In this document: in pieces, positions 13,021 through 27,709 of the stretch
Numbering within the stretch: the stretch's first letter is position 1
Layout of the letters: each line of letters opens with the position of its first letter
From: the human T2T-CHM13v2.0 reference genome, Homo sapiens
DNA length: 64,000 nucleotides
Reading direction: 5' to 3'
Assembly: GCA_009914755.4 (NCBI GenBank)
Contig: CP068257.2
Coordinates: 24,192,001-24,256,000 of the forward strand
Position numbers and translations under genes: made by a program
Notes under the pieces: generated by a model
The model's database searches: none
Told to the model about the DNA's origin: nothing
What the model saw: only the letters and a program-made list of their open reading frames with translations

Positions 13021-15354
13021 TGGCTCTTGTGTCCCCATCCAAATCTCATCTCAAATTGTAATCCCCACATGTCCAGGGAGGGACTTGGTAAGAGGTGATT
13101 GGATCATAGGAGTGGTTTCCCCCATGCTGTTCTCCTGATAGTGAGTGAGTTTTCATAAGATCTGATGGCTTAAAAGTGGCACTTCCCCCTTCCCTCTCTC
13201 TCTCTCTCCTGCTGCCATGTAAGACATGCCTTGCTTCCCTTTCATCTTCCACCATGATTGTAAGTTTCCTGAGGCTTCCCCAGCCATGCAGAACTGTGAG
13301 TCAATTAAACCTCTTTTCCTTATAAATTACCCGGTCTTGGGTAGTTTATTATAGCAGTGTGGAAATGGACTAATACAGAAAATTGATACCAGGATAGTGG
13401 AGTACTGCTATAAAGATAACCTGGAAGTGTGAAAGTGACTTTGCAACTGGGTAACAGGCAGAAGTTGAAACAGTTTGGTGAGCTTGGAAGAAGACAGGAA
13501 AATGTGGGAAAGTTTTAAATTTCCTGGAGACTTGTTAATTGGCTTTGACCAAAATGCAGATAGTGATATATGGACGATGAAGTCCAGGCTGAAGTGGTCC
13601 TAGATGGAGATGAAGAACTTATTGGGAACTGGAGTAAAGGTGACTCTTGCTATGCTTTAGCAAAGAGACTGGTGGCATTTTGCCCCTGCCCTAGAGATCT
13701 GTGGAACTTTGAACTTGAGATGATTTAGCGTACCTGGTGGAAGAAATTTCTAAGCAGCAAAGCATTCAAGAGGCGATCTGGCTTTTTCTAAAAGCATACA
13801 GTCAGTCGTATGCATTCACAAATAGATGGTTTGAAATTGGAAGTTAGGTTTAAAAGGGAAGCAGAGCATACAGGTTTGGAAAATTTGCAGCCTGACCATG
13901 AGGTTGAAAAGAAAAACCCATTTTCTGGGGAAGGATTCAAGTCCAAGCCAGCTGCAGAAATTTGCCAATCACCAAGACAATGGGGAAAATATCTCTGAGG
14001 AATTTCAGAGATCTTCAGAGCAGCCCCTCCTATTACAGGCCCAGAGGCCTAGGAGGGAAAAATGGTTTAATGGGCCAGGTGCAGGGTCCCGCTGCTCTGT
14101 GCAGCCTTGGGACTAGGTGCCCTGCATCCCAGCTGCTCCAGTTCCAGCTATAGCTAAAAGGGGCCAAGGTACAGCTCAGGCAGTGGCTTAAGAGGATGCA
14201 AGCTTCCAGCCTTGGCAACTTCCACGTGGTGCTGGGCCTGCAGGTGCAGAGAAGACAAGAGTTGAGCTTTGGAAACCTCCACTTAGATTTCAGAGGATAT
14301 ATGGAAATGCCTGGATATTTAGGCAGAACTCTGTTGCAGGGGAAGAGTCCTCATGGAGAACTTCTACTAGGGCAATGCAGAGGGAAAATGTGGGGTTGGA
14401 GCCCCCACATAGAGTCCCCACTGGGGCACTGCCTAGTGGAGCCGTGAGAAGAGGACCACCGTCCTCCAGACCCCAGAATGGTAAATCCACTGACAGCTTG
14501 CACTGTGCACCTGGAAAAGCCACAGGCACTCAATGCCAGCCTGTGAAAGCAGCTGTGGGGGTGGAACCCTGCAAAGCCACAGGGGTGGAGCTGCCCAAGG
14601 CCATGGGAGCCCACCTCTTGCATCAGCATGCCCTGAATGTGCGACATGGAGTCAAAGAATATTACTTTGGAACTTTAAGATTTAATGAGTGCCCTGTCAG
14701 GTTTTGGACTTGCATGGGGCCTGTGGCCCCTTTGATTTTGGCAATTTCTCCCATTTGGAATGGGAACATCTGCACAATGCCTGTACCCCCATTGTGTCTT
14801 GGAAATAACTAACTTGTTTTTGATTTTATAGGCTTATGAGTAGAAAGGACTTGCCTTGTCTCAGATGAGAGTTTGGACCTAGACAGTTGAGTTAATGCTG
14901 GAGTGAGTTACGACTTTGGAGGACTGTTGGGAAGGCATGATTCATTTTGAAATGTGAAAAGAACATGAGATTTGGGAAGGGCCAGAGGCGGAATAATAAA
15001 GTTTGGCTCTGTATCCCCACCCAAATCTCATCTCTAATTGTAATCCCCAAGTGTCAAGGGAAGGACCTGGTGGGAGATGATTGGATCATGGAGGTGGTTC
15101 CCCCATGCTGTTCTCATCATAGTGAGTGAGTTGAGATCTGATGGTTTTAAAAGTGGCAGTTTCCCCTGCACCGTCTCTCTCTCCTGCCACCATGTAAGAC
15201 ATGCCTTGCTTCCCCTTCACCTTCTGCCATGATTGTAAGTTTTCTGAGGCGCCTCCCCAGCCATGCAGCACTGTGAGTCAATTAAGCCTCTTCCCTTTAT
15301 AAATTACCCAGTCTCGCGCAGTTCATTACAGCCGGGTGAAAATAAACTAATACA
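13021..15354 (+). mobile_element. Full-length ERVL-MaLR element (THE1/MST class): 5' LTR 13021-13377, internal region, 3' LTR 14995-15354; 5-bp TSD cccct/tccct
   Basis: Both LTRs read tga/aata..gtttggctct(t)gt(a)tccccacccaaatctcatctc(t)aattgtaatcccca...gccatgcagaactgtgagtcaattaa(a/g)cctctt..tataaattaccc.gtct.g...ctaataca. LTRs are about 358 bp and the total is 2334 bp, consistent with the 2.3 kb MaLR size. Flanking pentamers cccct (13016-13020) and tccct (15355-15359). Confidence 0.8.
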
Positions 15355-18300
15355 TCCCTGGTAAACTCTAAGCTTATCAAAAGCTGACAATGTCTAATGG
15401 TTCACTATGATACCCTTGAGCAACTAGCGTAGTGCCTGCACTCATTGGCCTTCAATTATTGTTGAATTAATGAATGAATTTTGCACCCTCATTTTAGATG
15501 GAATGGGATGCTCTAGGAGAATTTGTTCTTGATTTCATGGCCATATGTAGAAAGCCTTGTTCTAGAGGCAGATGGACATACATAATAATTAAACAAGCCA
15601 ATGTTTACATTTGTGTAAAATGCCTATTATCTTGTAGTTGAATCATTTCCAATTTTTCCTAGTATAATTTTCTAATGTGCTAAATTTAGTATTTGTAAAT
15701 GAAGTTTTGAGTTGCCTTAATATTCTCTCTTCTTCTTTTCTTAAATAATTCATGACCTGAAGTACCCTAACCTTTTATTTTCTCTACTTGTTCTTTCCTA
15801 CTGTAATTTTTTAAAATCTCAGGCAACCTGAGAGGCAGCTGAATTCTTTTGTCATGTTGTATCATGTCAGCATTACCACACAAGTTTCTCCAGAGGCTGT
15901 CTTGTAATTACACTTGATTGGCTGATTATTCCTGAAAGGCAAAATAAATTTTACAGCTGTCTAGGTAAACTTTAAAAACATCCTCCAAAATGTGATATGT
16001 GTGAGGCCTGCCTTGGGATCATGACTTTCGATGGAACTAAACCAATGGTCAATGACCCATCATGGTATAGGCAAGTTCACCATCATCAAGAAATCAGTCT
16101 TTTTTGTCCTGTGCCTTCAATCTGATATTTCTCTCTACTAGAGAGCAAGAACATCTAGTCCCAAAGCCTATAGAGAATGTTAGTGGTTGCCTAGCAACAT
16201 CATTTCCAGCACAAGTTTGTGGCTTTCTAAGCAAGGGAAGGGGGTAACCTTCCTGTCTTTCTCAGCTCCCTGTGAGTCTCTTGTATTTTTTTCTACTATG
16301 TTGACCTCTGGCTGATTGAAAACATATAAGATGATGTGTGGAAAAACTCTTTCAGATAGTTAAGTGTGAATACAAGATGGGATTATCACCTCTCATGAAA
16401 GCCCATTCTAGTCCCCGATTCTTTAGCGCAGTGTCTTTGCAGTCAGAATATGAATCGCTCGTTGCCAATTTTTGGTATATTCTGATGCGAGCAGAACTGC
16501 AAATGTTGGCCCCGACAAGCAAATTAACCACCTCCTAAATTATTTTGTTTTTTCTTCTGGAGATAAGTGGCCTGTTTTGTGGTCTGTTCTGTTGGTCCCC
16601 TGTCTCTCATTCCCCAAGCACTGCAAGGTTGATTTTTAAGAATATGTATTGGTGATTGCTGCTATTTCCAAGTGAGTTTGATTTACCTACTTTGTTTATT
16701 TTAGGTATCATGCACTTTCTATTTGTTGAGCCTCCTTAACTATTTCTCCTTATGTTTCACGTCTTCAAAACTTTTGTGTCATGCATCTGCCAAGCCAAAA
16801 TCAGGAGTTCAATAAAGTCACTTGAGAATTATAAAAACATTTAGTTGTTGGGAGATAAATCTCTATAGGTCTCAAACATTTCTGCATGTCTTGTGAACAG
16901 AGCTGCCTTTGTTCTGGGATATCTTTTCAAGGATGCTTGCACAGCCAACAGTCTTGGAAGATAGAGATACTGTCTCCCTCCAGAGCAAAGGGAAGATTTG
17001 CTTAGCCTGGAAAGATAATGATAGTATGTCCTTCTGGAGCAAAGAAGGAACTTAGCTCATGGTTCATTATAAAATATGTAGGTTCCCTGCACTTGAGTCC
17101 CTCTCCTTTAGCACACTTAATTTCTTAGGTCTCTCTTTATATTTCACCATGGGAATTGGGGCTTGGAGAACTGGTGCAAATGCTAATACTCTATTGCTGA
17201 AGCTGTCAGTAATAAAGACTTTTGCCTCTGACTCAGGAGTCTCGTGTCTTCTGCCTGCATCTGTGAAATTGTGGCCAGACAACTTATTGTCTTGAAAGTA
17301 TGGTAAAATATCAGACCCTTCATAGTTCTAGTCAAGTTCTTAGTAGCTTAATGCTCACTAGTTCAGTAAATATATGTGTTGGAACATATTTAAAATTGGT
17401 CTTAAGATACATTTCTTTTAAGGAACATTTTAGAAATTTTAGAGACCTGAAATTCTACATGACTTTCTACCAAGAGAGGATCAACTTTTGGGTTGAAAGA
17501 ACTGAAAATGCAATGATGATCATTGCATTTTACTAATCAAAACTTATTTTCAATCTTCATTTTCAATAAAATTAAGTTAAAATTTCTTAGCTGGCATAAC
17601 AAAGATAGTATGGATTTGGCTTACCTTACCTTTCTACATATGCCCAAAGCTCCGGAAAACTCAAATGTTGGAAGTAACTGATCTATATTTCACTAGACTT
17701 TTGTTTTCTGGTATTTCTCTCAGTGGGTGGTACTGTAATTTAGCAGCCATCCAAAATAAAACCTGAAAGCCCATTACTCTTCCCTGTTCTTCATTAATCC
17801 ACATCCAATCATTAGTGTGTTAAAGATCTCTGTTTTCAAATATTGCATGTGCAGAGACTAAAAAGTGCACTGTATAAAATAGAGAGTATATTGGTAGTTA
17901 CCAGAAGCCGGGAAAGGTAGGGGGAAGGGGGAGATGAAGATTGATTGATTCATGGGTACAAATATACAATTAGATAGAAGAAATAACACCTGGTATTTGA
18001 TAGATCAGTGGGGTGACTACGGTTAACGTTAATCAATTGTACATTTCAAATTAGCAAGAAGAGAGTAATTCAAATGTTCTTAGCATTAAAAAATGATAAA
18101 TATTCAAAGTGATGGATATCTCAATTACCTTGATTTGATTATATGAATGTATCAAATTATCACATGTACCCTGAAGATATTTACATTTATTATGTGTTAA
18201 TAAAACAACTCTAGTCTTTTAAATATGTCCCCTATTTTCCACGCTTAGTATCAGAACTCTCTACTTTTTGCTTGTTTGAATCATTGCATTAGCTTTCTAA

Positions 18301-18727
18301 CTGGCTTCTTTAATTCCTATTTGTATATTTAAAATCTGTCTTCCCAACTGGGCTCAGACCAGTGTGATACATCCAAAATACAAAACTGATGCTGTTTAAA
18401 GTGTGCTAGCAGCCCCCCTTTTTACACAGAATAAAGTCCATGCATTTCAGGATGGCCTCCATGAACTGGCCCATCTATATCTCTTTGGCCTCATGTTTAT
18501 TTTATGATCTGTGGGATACGTATGGCTAGTGACCGAGAGCAAGGGCTCTGGAGTCAAAGCATCTGTTTATATTATGGTTTTTTCATCTATGAGCTGAGTG
18601 ACCCCAGGAAGATTTAAATAGTATTCCATGGCTTAGTTTCCTCATATGTCAGGTGGGAATACAAAGAGCAGCTACTCATAGGGTTGTTGGAAGAATTTAA
18701 AAAATAATTTGTATAAAAACACACATT

Positions 18728-19100
18728 GGTCCATTTTGTGCTGCTATCATAGAATACTACAGACTGAATAATTTTTAAACAGTTTAAGTTTATTTGGCTC
18801 ACGGTTCTGGAGGCTGGGAAGGCCAAGACTGAGGGTCTGCATCTGGTGAGAACCTTCTTGCTGCATCATAACATGGTAGAAGGCATCACATGGTGAGAGA
18901 ATGCAAGAATAAGAAAAAGTGAAGGGTGCTGAACTCACCTTTTATAAAGACACCACTCCCTTGATAATGAACCCACTCCTGCAATGACAACATTAATCCA
19001 TTCATGAGGATGGAACCCTCATGACCTAAACACCTCTCATTAGGTTCTGCCTCCCAACACTGCTGCATTGGAGATTACGTTTTCAACACATGAACTTTGG
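18728..19100 (-). repeat. Solo MaLR-class LTR
   Basis: ...aacagtttaagtttatttggctcacggttctggaggctgggaaggccaagactgagggtctgcatctggtgag...catcataacatggtagaaggcatcacatggtgagag...ttaatccattcatgagg...cctcatgacctaaacacctc...acatgaactttggggaacacattcagaccatag. Confidence 0.55.
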
Positions 19101-20124
19101 GGAACACATTCAGACCATAGAATAACATTTAGTGAAGTGTCAGGCACATAACAGATATTCTACAATGTCAGTTATATTAATATTAAACTGCTTGTTTTCA
19201 TCATGTGCCATGTTTTTCTATTCTTTGTCTTGCTGTCTTTTGTTTTCCTTTGTGTAAAATGTTCTTGCTCTGCTTCACTATGGAACAGTGGTTGACAGCA
19301 TGGGCTTTGGGTGAGATTAAAACAGGTTTGGATTCAGACACTTCCATGGATTAACTGTGCAACATTACAAAGAGTGCTCAAGAAGTGATTATTATTATCC
19401 TATGTACCCTTCAGGATTCAGCTCAGGGGAAATCATCTCTGTGCCAGTTATGAGGCTATTACCTTTTGGCATCAAATCTATCCTTCCATAGTTGGCATTT
19501 TGATGCTGGGGCCAGGATTCTGCAACCTGCATTTTTACTTTGCCTGCAGGCTCCGTGTTAGGCTCCCTCTACTTGGGAAGGAAGACAGAAGCAGCAGGGC
19601 TGAGGGAGGAAGAAGGGACTTCCACCTCCTGTTTGTGTCCTGTGTGCCTCCTGCCTGCTGCCTGTTCCTACTAGGCTGTTAGTTCTTGTTTTATCTTTTC
19701 AAAAGACAGAGATGAGGGTGAGGTCAATGAAGCATCTGCCTCAGGAACAAAATTTAAGGGAACACTAATACTAAGGAATCAGGATAAATTACTGTATATT
19801 CAAATATAATATTTTAAAAAATCAAAATTAAATGAAAAAAAACCCATAATGAACAAAATATCAAAATTTTAGTAGAGACCAGTGCCCGCTGAGCCACATT
19901 AGAGCCTGGGGCCACTGGTTTTAATAAAAACAAACTCATCAATAATATATTCAAAATCTACTTTGTTGCTAATTTCATTTTTAGTTGAGAGAATTACTGT
20001 GTTTGACAATTTCTCTTGTCCAAGAGATGATCTTTAATAATTTTTACTTAGCTTAAGCTGATACAGAGTGATAACAAATTAGCTTTTGGCATAAGTAAAA
20101 TATTAAACTTAAAATAACACTGTG

Positions 20125-20430
20125 GGCTGGGAGTAGTGGGAGTAGTGGCTTATGCCTGTAATCCTAGCTCTTTGGGAGGCTGAGGCGGGTAGATCACTTG
20201 AGCCCAGGGGTTGAGGCCAGGCTGGGCAACATAGCCAAACCTTGTCTGTACAAAAAAATACCAAATTAGCTGGGTGTGGTGGCACATGTCTGTAGTCCCA
20301 GCGACTCAGGATGCTGAGGTGGGAGAATTGCTTGAGCTCAGGAGGCAGAGGTGGTTGTGAGCTGAAATTGTGTCACAGCACTCCAGCCCGGGCAACAGAG
20401 CAAGACTTCATCTCAGAAAAATGGAAAATA
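20125..20430 (+). mobile_element. Alu (AluJ-like) with 14-bp TSD aaaataacactgtg
   Basis: ggctgggagtagtgg...gcctgtaatcctagctctttgggaggctgaggcggg...; TSD at 20111-20124 and 20431-20444. Confidence 0.9.
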
Positions 20431-20479
20431 AAAATAACATTGTGAATTTTAATACACCTACTTTTCGGACTTTCAATAT

Positions 20480-20790
20480 TTTTCTTTTTTCTTTTTCTTT
20501 TTTTTGAGATGGAGCCTCCCTTCATTGCCCAGGTTGGAGTGCAGTGGCATGATCTCAGCTTTGTAACCTCTGCCTCCTGGGTTCGAGCAATTCTTCCACC
20601 GCAGCCTCCTGAGTAGCTGAGACTACCAGTGCACGCCACCACGCCTGGCTCATTTTTGTATTTTTAGTGGAGACCACACTGTGTTTTACCACACTGGCCA
20701 GGCTGGTCTCGAACTCCTGACCTCAAGCGATCTGCCTGCCTCGGCCTCCCAAAGTGCTGGGATTACAGGTGTGAGTCACTGTGCCCGGCC
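20480..20790 (-). mobile_element. Alu (AluS-like)
   Basis: T-rich head then gagatggagcctcccttcattgcccaggttggagtgcagtggcatgatctcagc...ggtgtgagtcactgtgcccggcc. Confidence 0.9.
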
Positions 20791-20854
20791 AGTATTTTTC
20801 AATTACTTTAATGTTCTGGAAAAAAATTATCTTAAAAAATATACAAAATTCCCA

Positions 20855-21875
<1,021 letters not shown>

Positions 21876-22300
21876 GAACGTAAGGTCCTCTGAGCTGGCC
21901 ACACCATGGTAAAGCCAAGGCATTCCCCGCCCCACCCTCCCCCCATGATAATGTACTTTGTGATATTCCCCCTCCTTGTGAATGTACTTTGTAACATTCC
22001 TCCCTGCTATTTTGACAATACATCCTCCCCGCCCTTGTGAAGGTACTTTGTAACGTCCTCCCTGCCCTTGAGAATGTACTTGTAACATCCATCCCCTGCC
22101 CGCAAAAATTGCTCCTGACTCCACCGCCTATCCCAAACCTGTAAGAACCAATGATAATCCCACCCTTCTCTGACTCCTTTCTCGGACTCAGCCCTGCACC
22201 CAAGTGAATAAACAGCCCTGTTGCTCACACTAAGCCTGCTCAGGTGGTCTCTTATACGGACACACGTAACAATATTAAGTTCTCTCTGTGATTTCTACCT
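21876..22300 (+). repeat. LTR7 (HERV-H LTR), 3' LTR of the fragment above
   Basis: ...catgataatgtactttgtgatattccccctccttgtgaatgtactttgtaacattcctccctgc...cccttgagaatgtacttgtaacatccatcccctgcccgcaaaaattgctcctgactccaccgcctatcccaaacctgtaagaaccaatgataatcccaccc...ggactcagccctgcacccaagtgaataaacagccctgttgctcacac. This closely matches the remembered LTR7 consensus including the AATAAA. The 3' boundary is approximate. Confidence 0.75.
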
Positions 22301-25300
22301 CCTGAACAGATTCTGACAACCTCAAAGTGCAGAGTGGATTTCTTCCTGTTCTCTTTCCCTCTCTTGGGCACTTCCCCACATTTATACTTTGCTAATTTTC
22401 TGTATTCCAAGAAATATAGTCCTCCCTGCCCTGCACAGGCATTCATTTGTTCCTGTGCAAATTCAATCCATTCTTCAAGATCCATCTCATATGTCATGAA
22501 ATCATTCTTTACCCTGCACCAAATGAAATGTTTCCTTATTTCATGGGACCATAGAGCTGTACTGGCATCCATACCATCTTACTGTACCTTGTTTTGTTGC
22601 TATTTGTGCATATATCCTATTCCGCCCCGTCCTCCCATCTGAGTTGTAACTTTGAAGATCAGGGACTGATCTTCTGGTCTTTCTCATCTTTGAACATTTC
22701 CTATTTGGTGAGGTCAGGAGCTTTGGAGCACTAGTCACAGAGAGAACTGGAGAAACAGCTGGGTCATGAAACACCGGGCTTCTGCACATTGGTGGGAAGC
22801 AACACCAGTAGGTGTTGAAGTTAGTTTTCTTTACATTCCCAGTGATCTCAAAGCTTGCTTCCTTTTTTGCCATTTCTGCCTTGATGCTCAGTTTTGGTCC
22901 TGAAAGGAACGATTAACTTTTCTTCTTTCCTTAGCCTGCTGAGCACAGGGTGGCATTTAAAACAGTTGAGAGCGCTCTCTCCCCTGAATTAGAAAGAGAG
23001 TGATTTCCAGGAAGCAGAAGTTCCCTTGGGATGTTTGCCAGTGGGAGTCAAACAGCCCTGTGTGAATGGCTTTGTGAGCCAAGACCTTCTCTTCACAGAA
23101 GTGATGTGATGCTGGCAGGACCCTTTAATGAAGGGACCATGGTAATTGAGATCAGTGGGGATATTCTGCTTACTTCTATAGCAATCAAAACACCTCCTAC
23201 AAAATCAAAACATTAGGAACAGCCCATCCTCAGCCTCCCACTGGCCCCAACTTTGTTCTTTTAGAAAAGTCAAAGCCCACTGAGACTGGGGGGTAACTTT
23301 GTCAGAAGTTTGTTTATTTATATAGTTTAAAGACGATTATTTTCAAAGTGGAAGCCAACTGATTTCAGACTACAAAAAGAATTTTCCAAAAACAAAGCTA
23401 CGAGGTCAAGTTTCAGCTTCATAGAAGGGATAATTTGGGCAAACTTCGCCAACCACAATAGAATATGACATATTAAATTACTGCTCTGGAAAAGGCATTT
23501 GCGTTTGTAGACCTCAGGAAACCCTGAATCTTGAGTGCAGTCTGAGCTGAGAGCTTTCCCTGAGAAGCTTGCATCTTTATAATACTGACTGCTGACCCAC
23601 TTTAAGGTCTTTGTCCCCAAACCACAGAGAGAAGAAAACAAGATAATGCAGGTCCTACTAGAGACTCTTGTACCTTGGTGTATTTATGCACCCACTGGTG
23701 GGCATTGCATTTCCAAACTAGGGCCATGGTTGATTTCATGCTCAACCTCATGGCATTATTTACTATAGAATAGAGGATGAAAACCCCAAAGTATCACACT
23801 AGATTCCTGGTCCTTTCAGTATCTTTTCAAAAGCTTGGTGGGGTTTTCTTTTAGAGTCAGCCACACTAACTCTTTTTGATCATTAAGATGCTCTTTGCGG
23901 TAACCTTCTGTAGGTAAAGGGAGACATGGTACATTACACCTAGAGGTAACCAAAGGAGAAAATATATTTCCCTAGGTCCATCTGTTTCTTGTTTTACCTT
24001 CTCATTTATTCATTCACTGAGAGCATACTCTGTGCCTGCACCATGCTAGGAGCTGGTATGCAGCATAAATAGGAAATACATAATCACTGCCCCCAGGGAA
24101 CAGCCTCTTCAAATACTCAAGCCTAGTGTAATTAAGGTAGCTCCCTCCGGATCTTTGAAAGGCTTTAACAGCGATAGCCCCTCAACTGAGAAACTTTGGA
24201 TGTACTCAGTGAACTAAGTCAAAGCCTCAGATATTTGGGCATGGGAATTTTATGTAAAAACTAAAGGTGCTTTTAAAATATCATAAGCGGCTACTATTCA
24301 CTCTGCCCGCCCCCCACCAAGTGGTTTCAACCAGGGGCAATTTTGCGTCCCAGGGATATTTGATGGAGACATTTTTAATAGTCATAACTGGGGAGAGGGT
24401 GTTATTAGTATCTGATAGGTAGAGGCCAGAGATACTGTTAAACATCCTACAATGCACAGGACAGTACCCCAAAAAGAATAATCTGGCCTCAAATATCAGT
24501 AGTGTTGAGTTTGAGAAACTCTGTTTTCCACCAATACAACTGTAACTTTTTTTCTACTTTTAATCAAGAAAGACAACTATTTTGAAAAATAATGCTATAC
24601 TTGCCGAGTTTATAACTTACATTTCACATTAACAGTAAGCTGTAATTGGTATTTACATGTATCTTGACTATACAGTTGGGTTTTTTTTTCCCTGTCTTTC
24701 ACTTGTTATCACATTAGATGTTGGGAAAGAACTAGTATTTTTGATTCCCAGTAGTTCTGCCTGACTCTAGCTTATGAGCAGAAAACCTCTTTTGATCTTC
24801 AACTTCTTGCCTCTAATGGCCTCAGCAGACATTCTATGCATCTGCCCCCATCACCTCTTGTCTCTTTCTCAGAAAGGTCCTGGGAATTTAGTATTCTTTC
24901 TTTAGAGATAGAAAACCCGAAAGCAAAAGGAGAAGGCTTAATCAAGGTCACCTAGCAGGGCTTTGCACGGGCTTTCTGCCTCTCCCTTGGCTCATTATTC
25001 ACTGGTCCCTTCGGGGGAAATGTACACTATAAATCAGAAAAGACTATCATCTGTACTCTGCTAAATGTGTAAAGGTTAAATTTAGTCAGGCAGGTGATTT
25101 ATACTTGCTTATTTCCTTTAAAACCTCATGGAGAATTAAGGGAGTTTTCAGCTAGGATGACAAGGAAGGAAATCTAATATTTCAGAGTTCTGCTGTTATT
25201 CTTCTTGGAGTATGAAACTATCATTTGTTTAAAAATTCCATGTATCCAGGAAGGCTTGCATCAGAATACATTTTTGTAGACATTAACTCATCATAATTTG

Positions 25301-26092
25301 ATTAAACAAAATTTTGGTGTTGCATCTGTTAGGAATATCCTGAGTCACATCATCCACTCAAGGCAGAGAAACTGGTCTGCAAAAGCAAGGGTCGAGAAGT
25401 CTCATGAGGAATGTAGTAGACCGACTGGGAGAAAGTTTCTAAGAAATGATATGAAAGGGTTTGGTTTGGTTATGGAGATCATAAAGTGACAGATTTTTAT
25501 AAAACTAGTGGAACTGCCAGCTTAGGAGATTTTCACGCACTAAGTCAGGCCATTCACTTTCTTTCCTTAGGAGGCAAAAAGCAATAATTCACAGTTATAC
25601 ATAGGAAAAAAAGCATATTCCCTCCTTTCCAATGTACCGCCCTCCCACCTTTTCTCATTACTTATTTTCCTTTCTTGTGATTTTTTTCTTTATTATTATG
25701 ATCAACACATATCAGACAATATTTGGTGTCAAAGATGTACTTAGAGTAAACAATATTTCCTAAGGCCTCATTTACAATATTCGAAACTTGACCTGGAGAG
25801 CAGGTAGATTTTTATGTTAGTGGCCCCACTGAGAAATGGAGAACAAGGTGGTTCACCATGGCGCAGGGACATTTTGTGTTGGGCATGACAAAATATTTGA
25901 AATTAACAGTTATGCCCATCACCACAGTAAAAGGTGACTTTCAGAATACTTAAAATTCAATAGCTTAGTAATGTGTGATCTTCATCCACCCCTCCACCTC
26001 CACCTCTCCTTGCTATTTCTGAGGTTAAGACTTGTACTCTTATCTGAGGAACATGACTCAGAATTAGAGTACATAGTCTATGGAAAGATCAT

Positions 26093-26296
26093 CAGCCTTG
26101 ACTTCCTGGGCTCAGGTGATCCTCCCTTCTCAGCCTCCGAAGTAGCTGAGACTGCAGGCACATACCACCGTACCATGCTAGTTTTTTTTTTTTTTTTTTT
26201 TGGTAGAGATGGTGTTTCTCCATTTTGCCCAGGCTAGCTCAAGTGATCGGCCTGTGTGGGCCTCCCAAGGTGCTGAGGTTACAAGTCTGAGCCACT
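26093..26296 (-). mobile_element. Alu fragment (about 200 bp; lacks poly(A) end)
   Basis: cttcctgggctcaggtgatcctcccttctcagcctccgaagtagctgagactgcaggcac...T-run...gtagagatggtgtttctccattttgcccaggctagctcaagtgatc...ctgagccactg. Confidence 0.75.
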
Positions 26297-27584
26297 GCTT
26301 TCTTTATATCACTTTACTACGTAAATGACTTCTTAGTTGTGAATACATTTGATTTAGTGGTAAATAAATTTCTTCTCCCTGGGTTGTGGAAATATGAGTT
26401 TCTAATTTCATGACAGAAAAACTCAGCAACCAACTGTATTTCTTAATTATACTTTCATCTGAATGCTGCTTGTCTTAATTTGTTATGCTACAAATGACAT
26501 AATAGTAACCCAAAGATTTGCCGTCTAAACATGTGTCTTTTAAAAGCTCAATAACTTAATGGTGCATTTTCGGCTGAAGCCAGTGTTTTGTTCGTACAAT
26601 TCATGATTGCTTTCTGTTAAAAAGCATGACTGTATATTAGAATAGAATTTAACCCAATTTATTATGCTAAGGCATGAACAATCAATGGAACATAACCAAC
26701 GATTGAATGGTAAGACTCGAAGAAAAAAAGAAACTGCCAATCAACCAAATATTTGCAAAATTAGTTGCAATAGGCTGAATTTTGTGTCCCCTCTAAAAAT
26801 TCATGTGTTAAAATCCCGACACCCAAGATGATATTATTGGGAGGTGGTGCCTTTCGGGGTGGGGCCTTTTGGGAGGTCCTGCCCTCATGGATGGAATTAG
26901 TGATCTGGAAAAAGAGGCCAGAAAGAGAAAAAGAGTGGGGAAAACTCTGACCCCGACTCTCATCATATAACTTACATGAACATCAGCATTCCAGAAGACG
27001 GCTCAGTGGTTCTTTGAAATAATCTGGAATTAGGGGATGTTGTCTAAATTTATCTGCCTGCATCTTGTTCCAATAAATATATAAATTATAGGTTCAGGAC
27101 TTCCAAAACAGGGCAAAAACTGAACTATCAGAAGGCATGGCAAAAACAGTTACAGCTAATATTGAGAAATAACAAACTGTATATACATATACTCGTACAT
27201 TTTTCTATTTAGTATTCATTTATTTATTTTTCCAAAAGGAATAAGACCCACAGTTTTCAATATATTCTCAAGTGATCCATAAACTATAAGAAATTAAAAA
27301 CTGCCTGTAAAAATCTGCATGATAAATAATATTTATCATAATGATACTAAAATGTAAACACCATAAAGGCAGGTGTTTTGTCTATTTTTGTTCACTTTTC
27401 TATCCCCAGTACCTGGGACATAGTAGGGACTCAGTAAATGTTCATTAAATGAAGGAAGAAATCACACAAATGCATTGTAAGAGCATAGTATTCTACTAAA
27501 TAGCTAAAGAAAGGCCAAATGTTATTCAATACAAATTAAATGTTCCTGCTTTCTCTCTTTTTTAATTTTTTTTAATTTTTATTA

Positions 27585-27655
27585 TTATACTTTAAGTTCT
27601 AGGGTACATGTGCACAATGTGTACCCTAGAACACGTTGTGCACATGTACCCTAGA
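27585..27655. repeat. Short L1-derived palindrome (hairpin-capable)
   Basis: tttaagttctagggtacatgtgcacaatgtg|taccctagaa|cacgttgtgcacatgtaccctagagc. The first arm matches the frequent L1PA motif ctagggtacatgtgcacaacgtgcagg. The second arm is its near-perfect reverse complement. Confidence 0.7.
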
Positions 27656-27709
27656 GCTTAGATTATAGCTGTTAAGCAGAATATTCAAATGACTAGTGCC
27701 TTAGGCCAT

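Noticed and set aside
14375-14812. 145-aa plus ORF and neighbouring 60-98-aa ORFs at 13810-14650
   Set aside because: They lie in the internal region of the full-length MaLR element. They are mutually overlapping in different frames and on both strands, with no splice or promoter context.
22252-22572. 106-aa minus ORF adjacent to and overlapping the LTR7 3' end
   Set aside because: No recognisable domain. Partly overlaps the LTR7 on the opposite strand and lacks splice or promoter context. Treated as chance.
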